Of a DNA stretch of 41,652 bases, positions 33,090 through 41,652 are shown piece after piece. The DNA lies in the NCBI GenBank assembly GCA_015064925.1, contig SVRH01000003.1:1-41652 (forward strand), read 5' to 3'. The position numbers and the translations under genes are program-made. A model generated the notes under the pieces. The model saw only the letters and a program-made list of their open reading frames with translations. It did no database searches and was not told where the DNA came from. The stretch's first letter is position 1. The number at the start of each line of letters is the position of its first letter. The stretch is from Oscillospiraceae bacterium (lineage in GTDB: Bacteria > Bacillota > Clostridia > Oscillospirales > CAG-272).

Positions 33090-33117
33090 GATACCCATCG
33101 AATATCGCCTCACATTC

Positions 33118-33146
33118 TTGACATCCCTCTATTCTTTTGCTATAAT
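33118..33146 (+). promoter_or_regulatory. Consensus sigmaA promoter of yfbR
   Basis: TTGACA-17bp-TATAAT with TGn. Confidence 0.85.
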
Positions 33147-33173
33147 TTGTATAGATCACACAAGGAGTCCAAC

Positions 33174-33770
33174 ATGGAAAACAACAGCTTTTACGCTCTG
33201 GTCTTTCGCCAGAAATATATCCGTCGCTGGGGGCTCATGCGCAACACCATGACCGAAAATCTTTCCGAGCACGCAATGGAAACGGCGGTGCTGGCACACT
33301 CGCTGGCGCTCATCGGCAACGAGATCTTCGGTAAGCAATACGATCCCGACCGTATCGCCACCTTGGCGCTGTTTCACGACGTACCCGAGGTATTCACCGG
33401 CGACCTCCCCACCCCCGTCAAGTATTTTGACAAGAACAGCAGAGAGAGCTATCAGCACATCGAGGAGCAAGCCATTGAAAACCTGCTTTCAAAGCTACCT
33501 GAGGCACTGCGCCCCACCTATCGCTCTATTTTCGAAGGCGGCAGCCGCGAGGAGCATCTGCTGGTCAAGGCAGCCGACAAGCTCACCGCCTATATCAAGT
33601 GTGTAGAAGAGGAAAAGTGCGGCAACAGCGAATTCATTTCCGCAAAGGTCTCCACCGCACGCTCGCTGGAGAAAATGCAGTGCGAAGAGCTCTCCTATTT
33701 TATGGAGCATCTGCTTCCCGCCTTCTCCATGACCATTGATGAAATGCAGGGCGGCAAAGCCACCTCTTGA
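33174..33770 (+). CDS. yfbR: HD-domain 5'-deoxynucleotidase
   Basis: IRRWGLMRN...ENLSEH, ALFHDVPEVFTGDLPTPVKY, VKAADKL and GNSEF motifs; ATG 33174 behind AAGGAG. Confidence 0.92.
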   Translation: MENNSFYALVFRQKYIRRWGLMRNTMTENLSEHAMETAVLAHSLALIGNEIFGKQYDPDRIATLALFHDVPEVFTGDLPTPVKYFDKNSRESYQHIEEQAIENLLSKLPEALRPTYRSIFEGGSREEHLLVKAADKLTAYIKCVEEEKCGNSEFISAKVSTARSLEKMQCEELSYFMEHLLPAFSMTIDEMQGGKATS

Positions 33771-33807
33771 CTTTTGGCGTCAAATGTAGTATACTGAGTA
33801 TATCAAT

Positions 33808-34719
33808 ATGAATAAAAAGGAAATACGCGCATCCCTGTTGCTGCTTGTCTGCGCGTTCGTATGGGGATCCACCTTCGTTGCTCAAAGCAGCGCAGCCGAG
33901 CGTGTACCTACCTTCACCTTCCTGGCATCCCGTTCCTTTGTGGGTGGCGGAGCGCTGTTGCTCATCGCTCTTTGGCAGAACCGTCGCAAGCCGGGAACTC
34001 ATCTACCCAGCTTCCGACAACACCTTCTTGCAGGCGTGCTTTGCGGCAGCGCACTGTTTGTGGCATCCGCCTGCCAGCAGTACGGCATCGCTCTCGGCAC
34101 AGGCGCCGGGAAAGCCGGCTTTTTAACTGCTTTATATCTGATCTTTGTGCCGATACTCGAGCTTCTGCTTTACCGCAGAAGTCCCGGATGGATCACCGTC
34201 TGCGGCAGTATGTTTGCCCTTGTGGGTTTGTTTCTGCTTTGCGGACTCAGCACCTCGGGGCTGCACCTTGCCACAGGAGATCTGTTCACCGCCCTTTGCG
34301 GTCTTTGCTTTGCCTTTCACATTCTGATCGTAGACCGCTTTGCTCCGCAGCTTGACGGCATCAAGCTGTCCTGCATCCAGTTTCTTGTATGCGGACTGCT
34401 CAGTCTCCTTGCTGCACTTTTGTTGGAAGAAACCTCTTTTGGCGTTGTCACAAACGCCTACGGATCCATCCTCTACGCCGGTCTTTTCAGTTCGGCGCTT
34501 GGTTACACCCTGCAGATCATCGGACAAAGGGACTGTCCGCCCACCGTTGCCACCGTCCTCATGAGCCTTGAATCGGTGTTTGCACTGCTCAGCGAGACGG
34601 TCATTGCCCTATTACACAGCGAGAAACTCCCTATCAGCAGCACTGAGCTATTCGGCTGCCTGCTGATGTTTGTCGGCGTGTTGCTGGCACAAAATCCATT
34701 CAGGAGAATAACAAAATGA
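33808..34719 (+). CDS. DMT/EamA-family transporter
   Basis: VWGSTFVAQ, GKAGFLTALY, GYTLQIIGQ...MSLESVFA; about 10 TM helices. Confidence 0.92.
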   Translation: MNKKEIRASLLLLVCAFVWGSTFVAQSSAAERVPTFTFLASRSFVGGGALLLIALWQNRRKPGTHLPSFRQHLLAGVLCGSALFVASACQQYGIALGTGAGKAGFLTALYLIFVPILELLLYRRSPGWITVCGSMFALVGLFLLCGLSTSGLHLATGDLFTALCGLCFAFHILIVDRFAPQLDGIKLSCIQFLVCGLLSLLAALLLEETSFGVVTNAYGSILYAGLFSSALGYTLQIIGQRDCPPTVATVLMSLESVFALLSETVIALLHSEKLPISSTELFGCLLMFVGVLLAQNPFRRITK

Positions 34720-35711
34720 AAGTAACAGTTTACGGCACAGGAAGCTGGGGCACCGCCCTGGCGCAGGTCCTTCTCGACAACGGTCACGACGTATGGCTAT
34801 ACGGTGTAGACCCCGAGGAGATCCGCGACATCAACGAAAATCATCGCAATAGCCGCTACTTTGGCGATCTTCCCATTGCAGAAGGGCTCAAAGCCACCGA
34901 CGACATCCGTCTTGCCACCGAGGGTGCAGGTGCCATCGTCATTGCCGTACCCACTAAGTTTATTCGCTCCGCCCTTTCCAAAGGCAACCCCTACATCAGC
35001 GAAAGCGCGTTGATCATCAACGCAGCCAAGGGCTTTGACTGGGAAAAGAACTGCCGCATCACCGACACTATGCGCGAGGTGATGGCAGACCGCCCCCACC
35101 GAACCGTCGCCTCCATCATCGGACCCAGCCACGCAGAGGAGGTCATTCAGAGAATGTTGACCTGCGTTTGTGCCGTTTCGCTGGATCTGGAGGTGGCAAA
35201 CGAGGTACGTACGCTGTTTTCCAATCAATATATGCGACTGTACTCCAACACCGATGAGGTAGGTGCAGAGTACGGTGCCGCTGTCAAGAACGTCATCGCC
35301 ATTGCCTCCGGCATTTTGGTTGGGCAGGGCTACGGCGACAACGCCAAGGCAGCGCTGGTAGACAGAGGACTTCTTGAAATGGCGCGCTACGGTGTTTCCA
35401 AGGGAGGCAAGCCCGAAACCTACTACGGACTGACCGGTCTTGGCGATCTGGTGGTCACCTGCTTCAGCATCCACTCCCGCAATTACCGCGCCGGGCTTGC
35501 CATCGGCAAAGCCAATGACGCCGCCTCCTTCCTTGCAGATAACAAAACCACTGTGGAAGGCATCAACAGCTGCAAGGTCATTTACGAGGATTTGAAAAAC
35601 TGCGATTTCGAAATGCCGGTTGTGGAAGCGCTCTACCGCGTGCTCTACGAAGGCGCTCTGCCCTCCGAAGAGATCAAGACGCTGATGCTGCGTCCTCTGA
35701 AGGTGGAATAA
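34716..35711 (+). CDS. gpsA: NAD(P)H-dependent glycerol-3-phosphate dehydrogenase
   Basis: GTGSWGTALA, GPSHAEEV, KNVIAIASG and GLGDLVVTCFSIHSRN motifs. Confidence 0.96.
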   Translation: MKVTVYGTGSWGTALAQVLLDNGHDVWLYGVDPEEIRDINENHRNSRYFGDLPIAEGLKATDDIRLATEGAGAIVIAVPTKFIRSALSKGNPYISESALIINAAKGFDWEKNCRITDTMREVMADRPHRTVASIIGPSHAEEVIQRMLTCVCAVSLDLEVANEVRTLFSNQYMRLYSNTDEVGAEYGAAVKNVIAIASGILVGQGYGDNAKAALVDRGLLEMARYGVSKGGKPETYYGLTGLGDLVVTCFSIHSRNYRAGLAIGKANDAASFLADNKTTVEGINSCKVIYEDLKNCDFEMPVVEALYRVLYEGALPSEEIKTLMLRPLKVE

Positions 35712-35715
35712 ATCA

Positions 35716-35788
35716 AAAGGACTGTGCTCACGCACAGTCCTTTTTCAAATTTACATAACAAAAGCCGCAGCTGACGCTACGGCTTTTT
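35716..35788. terminator. Two adjacent terminator hairpins between convergent gpsA and msmX
   Basis: AAAAGGACTGTGC-TCAC-GCACAGTCCTTTTT and AAAAGCCGCAGC-TGAC-GCTACGGCTTTTT. Confidence 0.8.
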
Positions 35789-35797
35789 GCGTTTATC

Positions 35798-36913
35798 TTA
35801 GTGGATAATGCATCTTTCGGTGTCCTTATCGAAGATATGAACACGGGTGGTGTCGATACCAACCTTGATATCGGTATCGGGCTTAACGCTGGAACGAGAG
35901 GAAACACGGGCAACCATGTTGTACTCTTCGCCGCAGTTGAAGTAAATGTAGATTTCAGCACCCATAAGCTCGGTAACGTCTACGTGAGCGGGAATTACCA
36001 GAGAGGGATTTGCATTCAGGAATGCTTCGTCATCATGGATCAGCTCGGGACGGATACCTGCGATAACTTCCTTGCCGATGTAATCCTTCAGAGCTTCGTC
36101 ATTTGCCTTTTCTGCCGGCAGCTTCAGCTTGTTGTCAGCGAAGCACAGGCAAACGTCGCCATGATCGTCTTCCAGACGGCAGTTTACAAAGTTCATCTGA
36201 GGAGTGCCGATGAAGCCTGCTACGAAGATGTTGCAGGGCAGATCGTACAGATTCTGAGGAGTATCTACCTGCTGGATGATACCGTCCTTCATAACTACGA
36301 TACGGGTAGCCATGGTCATAGCCTCTACCTGGTCGTGAGTTACGTAAATGAAGGTGGTTTCCAGCTTCTTGTGAAGCTTGGTCAGCTCGGTTCTCATGGT
36401 TGCACGCAGCTTAGCGTCCAGGTTGGACAGAGGTTCGTCAAGCAGGAATACGGAGGGCTCACGAACGATTGCACGACCCAGCGCAACTCTCTGCTTCTGA
36501 CCACCGGACAGAGCCTTAGGACGTCTCTGCAGCAGGTGAGCGATGTCCAGAATACGAGCAGCTTCTTCAACGCGACGCTTGATCTCTTCCTTGTTTACCT
36601 TACGCAGCTTCAGACCGAATGCCATGTTGTCAAACACGGTCATGTGGGGGTACAGAGCGTAGTTCTGGAACACCATCGCGATGTCTCTGTCCTTAGGAGC
36701 CACGTCGTTAACCAGACGGTCGCCGATCCACAGTTCGCCTTCGGTGATTTCTTCCAGACCTGCGATCATACGCAGAGTGGTGGTCTTACCGCAACCGGAA
36801 GGACCTACGAAAATGATAAATTCCTTATCCTTTACGTCCAGACAGAAGTCTTTTACAGCGGTAACACCGCCGGGATATTTCTTGTAAATGTGGTTAAATT
36901 TCAAGCCAGCCAT
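35798..36913 (-). CDS. msmX: Carbohydrate ABC transporter ATP-binding protein (MsmX/MalK/UgpC family)
   Basis: [45 protein letters not shown]-like C-terminus; start MAGLKF behind AAGGAGG. Confidence 0.93.
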   Translation of the reverse strand: MAGLKFNHIYKKYPGGVTAVKDFCLDVKDKEFIIFVGPSGCGKTTTLRMIAGLEEITEGELWIGDRLVNDVAPKDRDIAMVFQNYALYPHMTVFDNMAFGLKLRKVNKEEIKRRVEEAARILDIAHLLQRRPKALSGGQKQRVALGRAIVREPSVFLLDEPLSNLDAKLRATMRTELTKLHKKLETTFIYVTHDQVEAMTMATRIVVMKDGIIQQVDTPQNLYDLPCNIFVAGFIGTPQMNFVNCRLEDDHGDVCLCFADNKLKLPAEKANDEALKDYIGKEVIAGIRPELIHDDEAFLNANPSLVIPAHVDVTELMGAEIYIYFNCGEEYNMVARVSSRSSVKPDTDIKVGIDTTRVHIFDKDTERCIIH

Positions 36914-37105
36914 TTTTTGTATCCTCCTTAGTTCGCGGCTTTGCCGCGTATATATTTTCTTACGGTACATATTGTAGCAGAAATCCTTGCAAAATGGAAG
37001 AGGGTATTTGGCCAAAATTCTCTTCCTACTTTTGAACAATTTGCACAATAAATTCGCCTGTTTTTACAGCCTTGATCATTAAAAGCCGTTTGCAACTTTA
37101 ATTTA

Positions 37106-39256
37106 TTAAGATTTAATCTCTTTCATGGTCAGCGAGATGCGCTTTTTCACGGTGTCCACATCCAGCACCGTCACCTGCACACGGTCTCCCACCGCAAGCA
37201 CCTCACTGGGATGCTTGATGTAGCGATCACAGATGCGGGACAGATGCACAAGCCCATCCTGATGCACGCCGATGTCCACGAATGCGCCGAAGTCGGTGAC
37301 GTTTCGCACCGTTCCCTGCAGCTTCATGCCGGGCTTCAGATCGGCAATGTCCATGACCGCCGAGCGCAGCTCGGGAGGCGGCAGCTCGTCACGCACGTCA
37401 CGTCCCGGCTTTTCCAATTCCGACAGAATATCAGCAAGGGTGGGCTCACCGATGGAAAGGATCGTGCAGAGCTCTGCCGTTTCCTTCTCTGCCTTGGCAC
37501 GCAGACCCGACAGTCTGCCCGCCGCCACATCCTCCATGGAGTAGCCATAGCGGGTCAGCAGCGCCTTTGCCGCCTTGTAGGACTCGGGGTGCACGCCCGT
37601 GTTGTCAAGGATCTCGGACGAGCCCGAAACGCGTAAGAAGCCCGCCGCCTGCTCGAATGCCTTGGCGCCGATCTTGGGCACCTTCAGAAGCTGTGCGCGG
37701 TTCTTGAAGGCTCCGTTTTCATCTCTGTACTTCACGATGTTCTTTGCCGCAGTGGCATTGATTCCTGAAATGTGGGAAAGCAGACTGTGAGAAGCGGTGT
37801 TCAGATCCACACCCACGCGGTTCACGCAGTCCTCCACCACGCCGCCCAGCGCCTCGTCCAAACGCGCAGGCTTCATGTCGTGCTGGTACTGACCAACACC
37901 AATGGACTTGGGATCGATCTTCACAAGCTCCGCCAGGGGATCCTGCAGTCTTCTGGCAATAGAGACCGCCGAACGCTGGGTCACGTCAAAATCGGGGAAC
38001 TCGTCCGCGCCCAGCTTGGAGGCAGAGTACACCGAGGCGCCCGCCTCGCTGACCACCGCATAGCGCACCTTTCCGTTCCATTCGGGAAGCAGATCGGCAA
38101 TAAACATCTCGCTCTCGCCCGAGGCAGTGCCGTTGCCGATGGCGACCACGTCCACGTTATACTTCTTCACAAGGCTCTTGACCACCCTGCCGGCACCCGC
38201 AATGTCCTCACGGGGCTTGGTGGGGTAGATCACGCCGGTGTCCAGCACCTTGCCGGTGGCGTCCACCACCGCCAGCTTGCAGCCGGTACGGTAGCCGGGG
38301 TCCAGCCCCAGAACGGTCTTGCCCTTGAGAGGGGCGGACATGAGCAGATTCTTCAGATTGTCGGAAAAGACCTTGATGGCAGCCTCGCTTGCCGCGTCGG
38401 TCAGCTCAGAGCGGATCTCTCGCTCGATGGCAGGGGCGATCAGGCGGTCGTAGGAATCGATCATCGCCTTTACCACGTACTTGCGGCAGGGGCTTTCAAA
38501 ATCGGTGATCACATCGGCAAACAGATAGTTCAGCGGCAGATCCTTGGAGATCTCCACCGATACCTTCAGACAGTCTTCCTTCTCGCCGCGGTTGATGGCA
38601 AGCACTCTGTGACCCTGCAGCTTTTCGATCTCGGAGCTGAAATCATAATAGTTGCTATACACCGAGTCGCCCTCGCATGCCTGCTTGACGATCAGCTTGC
38701 CCTGCTTTCCGGTGATATAGCGGATGTCCTTGCGATACGTCGCATTGTCCGAGATCGCCTCGGCAATGATGTCCATGGCGCCCTGCAGTGCCTCTTCTGC
38801 GTTTGCGACACCCTTTTCTTCGCTTATAAATTCGCCCGCCTTCAAAACGGGTTCGGCATCCCTTGTCTGCGCCAGCAGATAGTCGGCAAGGGGAGTCAGT
38901 CCCTTTTCCTTGGCGACCGACGCGCGGGTCTTGCGCTTGGGCTTGAAGGGACGGTAGATGTCCTCCACCTCGGTCAGGATCTGTGCCGCCTCCAACGCCG
39001 CCGCGATCTCATCGGTCATCATACCAAGCTCGGTGATGGAGTGGCTGACCTCCTCCTTGCGCTTTTCCAGATTGCGCAGATAGGTCAGGCGGTCGTTGAG
39101 CTCACGCAGGACGGTATCGTCCAGCGATCCCGTCACCTCCTTGCGGTAACGGGCGATAAAGGGAATGGTGCTGCCGTCGTCGATCAGCTCCACCGTCTTC
39201 TCCACCTGCTCAAGCTTCAGTGAAAATTCATTTGCCAGTGTTTGTAAAATATCCAT
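37106..39256 (-). CDS. tex: Tex RNA-binding transcriptional accessory protein
   Basis: TIPFIARYRKEVTG, GLDPGYRTGCK, SEAGASVYSAS, DPKSIGVGQYQHD, C-terminal S1 domain. Confidence 0.96.
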   Translation of the reverse strand: MDILQTLANEFSLKLEQVEKTVELIDDGSTIPFIARYRKEVTGSLDDTVLRELNDRLTYLRNLEKRKEEVSHSITELGMMTDEIAAALEAAQILTEVEDIYRPFKPKRKTRASVAKEKGLTPLADYLLAQTRDAEPVLKAGEFISEEKGVANAEEALQGAMDIIAEAISDNATYRKDIRYITGKQGKLIVKQACEGDSVYSNYYDFSSEIEKLQGHRVLAINRGEKEDCLKVSVEISKDLPLNYLFADVITDFESPCRKYVVKAMIDSYDRLIAPAIEREIRSELTDAASEAAIKVFSDNLKNLLMSAPLKGKTVLGLDPGYRTGCKLAVVDATGKVLDTGVIYPTKPREDIAGAGRVVKSLVKKYNVDVVAIGNGTASGESEMFIADLLPEWNGKVRYAVVSEAGASVYSASKLGADEFPDFDVTQRSAVSIARRLQDPLAELVKIDPKSIGVGQYQHDMKPARLDEALGGVVEDCVNRVGVDLNTASHSLLSHISGINATAAKNIVKYRDENGAFKNRAQLLKVPKIGAKAFEQAAGFLRVSGSSEILDNTGVHPESYKAAKALLTRYGYSMEDVAAGRLSGLRAKAEKETAELCTILSIGEPTLADILSELEKPGRDVRDELPPPELRSAVMDIADLKPGMKLQGTVRNVTDFGAFVDIGVHQDGLVHLSRICDRYIKHPSEVLAVGDRVQVTVLDVDTVKKRISLTMKEIKS

Positions 39257-39273
39257 AGGTATACTCCGGTAGA

Positions 39274-39975
39274 TTATAACAGTTTTTCAATGCTTTTTTG
39301 TTCCTCTTCACCAAGATGGCGCCACTGTCCCCGTTCCAGCGCGGGATCCAGCGCGATATCCGCAAATCGGATGCGCTCGAGCGCGGTCACCTTGTTGTGC
39401 ACCGCCTCCAGCATACGCTTGATCTGATGATACTTCCCTTCGGTCAGTGTAATTTCTCCCGACTGCGGCGAATGCAGCGTCACCTTACAGGGCGCGCTTG
39501 TGAAATCGCCCAGATCCACCCCGCCCTCTAGCGTCAGCCGATCCTCCTCGGATAACGGAAAACGACTTTCAAAGCGGTAGACCTTTTCACAGTGGGTCTT
39601 GGGTGCCAGCAGTCTGTGTGCCAGCGGACCGTTGTTGGTAAGGATCATCAGTCCAAGGGTGTTCTTGTCAAGTCTGCCGCAGGGAAACAAGCCTATCTTT
39701 TGAAGCTCGGGCGGCAGCAGCGTCAGCACCGTCACGTCGTCGGGCGCTTCGGTGGCGGATACGTAGCCCGCGGGCTTGTTGAGCATGATATAGGTAAATT
39801 TGCGATACTGCACGGCACATCCGTCCAGCGTCACGGTATCCTCATCCTCATTGATATGCGAAGAGGCATCCTTGACGATACTGCCATTGACCGCGATCCG
39901 CCCTTTTTTGGCAGCCTGCGCACACTCCTTGCGGGAGAGCAGCCCCACGGAGGTAAAATATTTATCCAGTCGCAT
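39274..39975 (-). CDS. rsuA: rRNA pseudouridine synthase, RsuA family
   Basis: S4 start MRLDKY, NKPAGYVSA, catalytic GRLDKNTLGL, EGKYHQIKRM; start set at ATG 39975. Confidence 0.88.
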   Translation of the reverse strand: MRLDKYFTSVGLLSRKECAQAAKKGRIAVNGSIVKDASSHINEDEDTVTLDGCAVQYRKFTYIMLNKPAGYVSATEAPDDVTVLTLLPPELQKIGLFPCGRLDKNTLGLMILTNNGPLAHRLLAPKTHCEKVYRFESRFPLSEEDRLTLEGGVDLGDFTSAPCKVTLHSPQSGEITLTEGKYHQIKRMLEAVHNKVTALERIRFADIALDPALERGQWRHLGEEEQKSIEKLL

Positions 39976-40008
39976 AGTAAGCCCCCTTCTTCGTGAATTG
40001 ACAAAAAC

Positions 40009-40044
40009 AAAGCTGCTGCACCGTAAGACCAATGCAACAGCTTT
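40009..40044 (-). terminator. Probable terminator after pduL
   Basis: AAAGCTGTTGCA...TGCAGCAGCTTT stem on the minus strand, followed by GTTTTT. Confidence 0.55.
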
Positions 40045-40050
40045 CGATTT

Positions 40051-40620
40051 TTACTTTACGATCTCGCCGTACACTTCGCCAAAGGCGGCAGCGGCGTTCG
40101 CTTCGTCGGTATCAATGTGCATTGCCAGAGCAAACTTGGGAGAAACACGTACCACGGTATCACCGAACACGGTGCTTCTGCCATTGGTCTCCACCTTCAC
40201 GGAAACCACGTCCTTGTCCTTCAGACCCATTGCCTCTGCATCGGCAGGGGTCATGTGGATGTGACGCTTTGCGATCATCACGCCCTCAGCGATCTCGACC
40301 TCGCCGCAGGGACCGACCAGCTTCAGACCGGGAGTGCCTGCCACGTCGCCCGATTCTCTGATCGGAACGGCCTTCAGACCAAGGGTTCTGGCATCGGTAA
40401 AGGAAAGCTCAACCTGATCGGCGGGTCTGGTGGGTCCGAGGATGGACACCTTGAGGGATGCCTTGGGGCCAACCAGCTCAACCTTTTCCTCGCAGGCGTA
40501 CTGGCCGGGCTGGCTCAGATCCTTCTTATTGGTCAGCTCGTGACCTGCGCCGAAGAGAGTTTCCAGCGTTTCTTTGGTAACGTGAATATGTCTTGCGGAA
40601 GTTTCAACGATGAATTTCAT
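40051..40620 (-). CDS. pduL: Phosphate propanoyltransferase/phosphotransacylase PduL
   Basis: SARHIH, LSQPGQYA, PIRESGD, IAKRHIHM and MHIDTDEANAA motifs. Confidence 0.95.
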   Translation of the reverse strand: MKFIVETSARHIHVTKETLETLFGAGHELTNKKDLSQPGQYACEEKVELVGPKASLKVSILGPTRPADQVELSFTDARTLGLKAVPIRESGDVAGTPGLKLVGPCGEVEIAEGVMIAKRHIHMTPADAEAMGLKDKDVVSVKVETNGRSTVFGDTVVRVSPKFALAMHIDTDEANAAAAFGEVYGEIVK

Positions 40621-40676
40621 TTTATTCTTCTCCTTTTGCTCGTATATTTCAAATAATATTTTTGCATACTACGATT

Positions 40677-40705
40677 ATTATACCACTAAAACGTCCGATT
40701 GTAAA
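40677..40705 (-). promoter_or_regulatory. sigmaA promoter of pduL
   Basis: Minus strand TTTACA-17bp-TATAAT with TGn. Confidence 0.75.
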
Positions 40706-40746
40706 GAGCGTTTTCAAAAAAAGTCAAAACGGAGCGTAAGATTCAA

Positions 40747-41418
40747 ATGAAAAACGAAAACGAAAGCGAAAAGCCGCAAAGCACGCAGCAGGAGCAAATC
40801 CTGTCCCTTGGCAGCACCCTCACCGACGGGGCGGGACGGGGCATCCGCGCGGTGACGGTCATCGGGCAGATCGAGGGCCACAGCCTGCTGCCCGAGAGCC
40901 AAAAGTCCACCAAATACGAGCATCTGATCCCGCTTTTGGTGCAGGCAGAGGAAAACGAAGCCATCAGCGGCGTGCTGATCATCCTGAACACCGTGGGGGG
41001 CGACGTGGAAGCGGGGCTGGCGCTGTCCGAGCTGATCGCGGGCATGAAGACCCCCACCGTTTCGCTGGTGCTGGGAGGCGGTCACTCCATCGGCGTGCCC
41101 CTTGCGGTGTCCGCCAAGCGCTCCTTCATCGTGCCCTCCGCCACCATGACCCTACACCCCGTGCGCACGAGCGGTCTGGTGCTGGGCGCACCCCAGAGCT
41201 TTCACTACTTTGAGAGAATACAGGAGCGCATCATCCGCTTCGTCACCGAGCATTCGGGAATGAGCGCCGAGCGCATGAGAGAATTGCTCTTTCGCACCGA
41301 GGAGATCGCCACCGACATGGGAAGCATCCTCGACGGGGAGGAGGCGGTGCGCGAGGGGCTCATCGACGAGGTGGGAGGGCTTCGAAAAGCCCTGGACTGT
41401 CTGCATTCCATGATATAA
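40747..41418 (+). CDS. tepA: TepA, ClpP-like protease
   Basis: IGQIEGH...TKYEHLIP, LNTVGGDVEAGLA, VLGGGHSIGVP and LHPVR motifs. Confidence 0.9.
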   Translation: MKNENESEKPQSTQQEQILSLGSTLTDGAGRGIRAVTVIGQIEGHSLLPESQKSTKYEHLIPLLVQAEENEAISGVLIILNTVGGDVEAGLALSELIAGMKTPTVSLVLGGGHSIGVPLAVSAKRSFIVPSATMTLHPVRTSGLVLGAPQSFHYFERIQERIIRFVTEHSGMSAERMRELLFRTEEIATDMGSILDGEEAVREGLIDEVGGLRKALDCLHSMI

Positions 41419-41420
41419 AG

Positions 41421-41446
41421 CGTCCCCCAAGCCGGCTTGGGGGACG
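41421..41446. terminator. GC-rich palindrome between convergent genes
   Basis: CGTCCCCCAAGCCGGCTTGGGGGACG is a perfect 26-bp palindrome. Confidence 0.6.
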
Positions 41447-41473
41447 AATATTGGATGTTATGTTATTATATCT

Positions 41474-41650
41474 TCAATCCAGTGCCATGAGCAATCGCCA
41501 TTCAACGTCCTTACCGTTGTAATTAAATACGTAAGTTTCCATATAGCAAGTACCGGTGAGGCCATCGATTGTCAATCGTATATCGCCGCCCGGCCACTGC
41601 CCGGGATCGGAATAAATTGCCGAATACATGGCTTCCTTGGCAGCATCCAA
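41474..41650 (-). CDS. C-terminal fragment of a hypothetical protein (runs off the window end)
   Basis: Open minus frame LDAAKEAMYSAIYSDPGQWPGGDIRLTIDGLTGTCYMETYVFNYNGKDVEWRLLMALD* ending before the hairpin; not in the ORF track. Confidence 0.55.
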   Translation of the reverse strand: MDAAKEAMYSAIYSDPGQWPGGDIRLTIDGLTGTCYMETYVFNYNGKDVEWRLLMALD

Positions 41651-41652
41651 CT

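Overview
41.6-kb chromosomal window from a probable spore-forming Clostridia-class bacterium (inferred from ytvI, tepA, thyX, stand-alone pduL, sigmaA-type promoters and Firmicutes-type LexA boxes). Most of it is housekeeping and transport genes. These include a YhaN-like ATPase/LOG/HAD operon, an ABC exporter-DUF1854-ABC exporter trio, ytvI, sdaA, APC and MATE transporters, and a 14.7-kb carbohydrate-uptake operon (giant SBP, 4 permeases, NHL-TPR-Yip1, DUF5696-like protein with a Cys-rich insertion). After that come an SOS-boxed HTH gene, thyX, yfbR, a DMT transporter, gpsA, msmX, tex, an RsuA-family gene, pduL and tepA. The most unusual part is a ~2.5-kb AT-rich islet just downstream of tRNA-Arg(CCG). 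It holds two copies of a ~180-nt non-coding element made of four GTGAAAT boxes and four complementary ATTTCAC boxes with short hairpins between them, able to fold into a ladder of four-way junctions. Each copy is preceded by a terminator-like hairpin and followed by a sigmaA promoter driving cargo genes. The first cargo gene encodes a four-helix-bundle (23S-IVP/Avd-like) protein. All family assignments come from motif recognition by eye; no database search was run.
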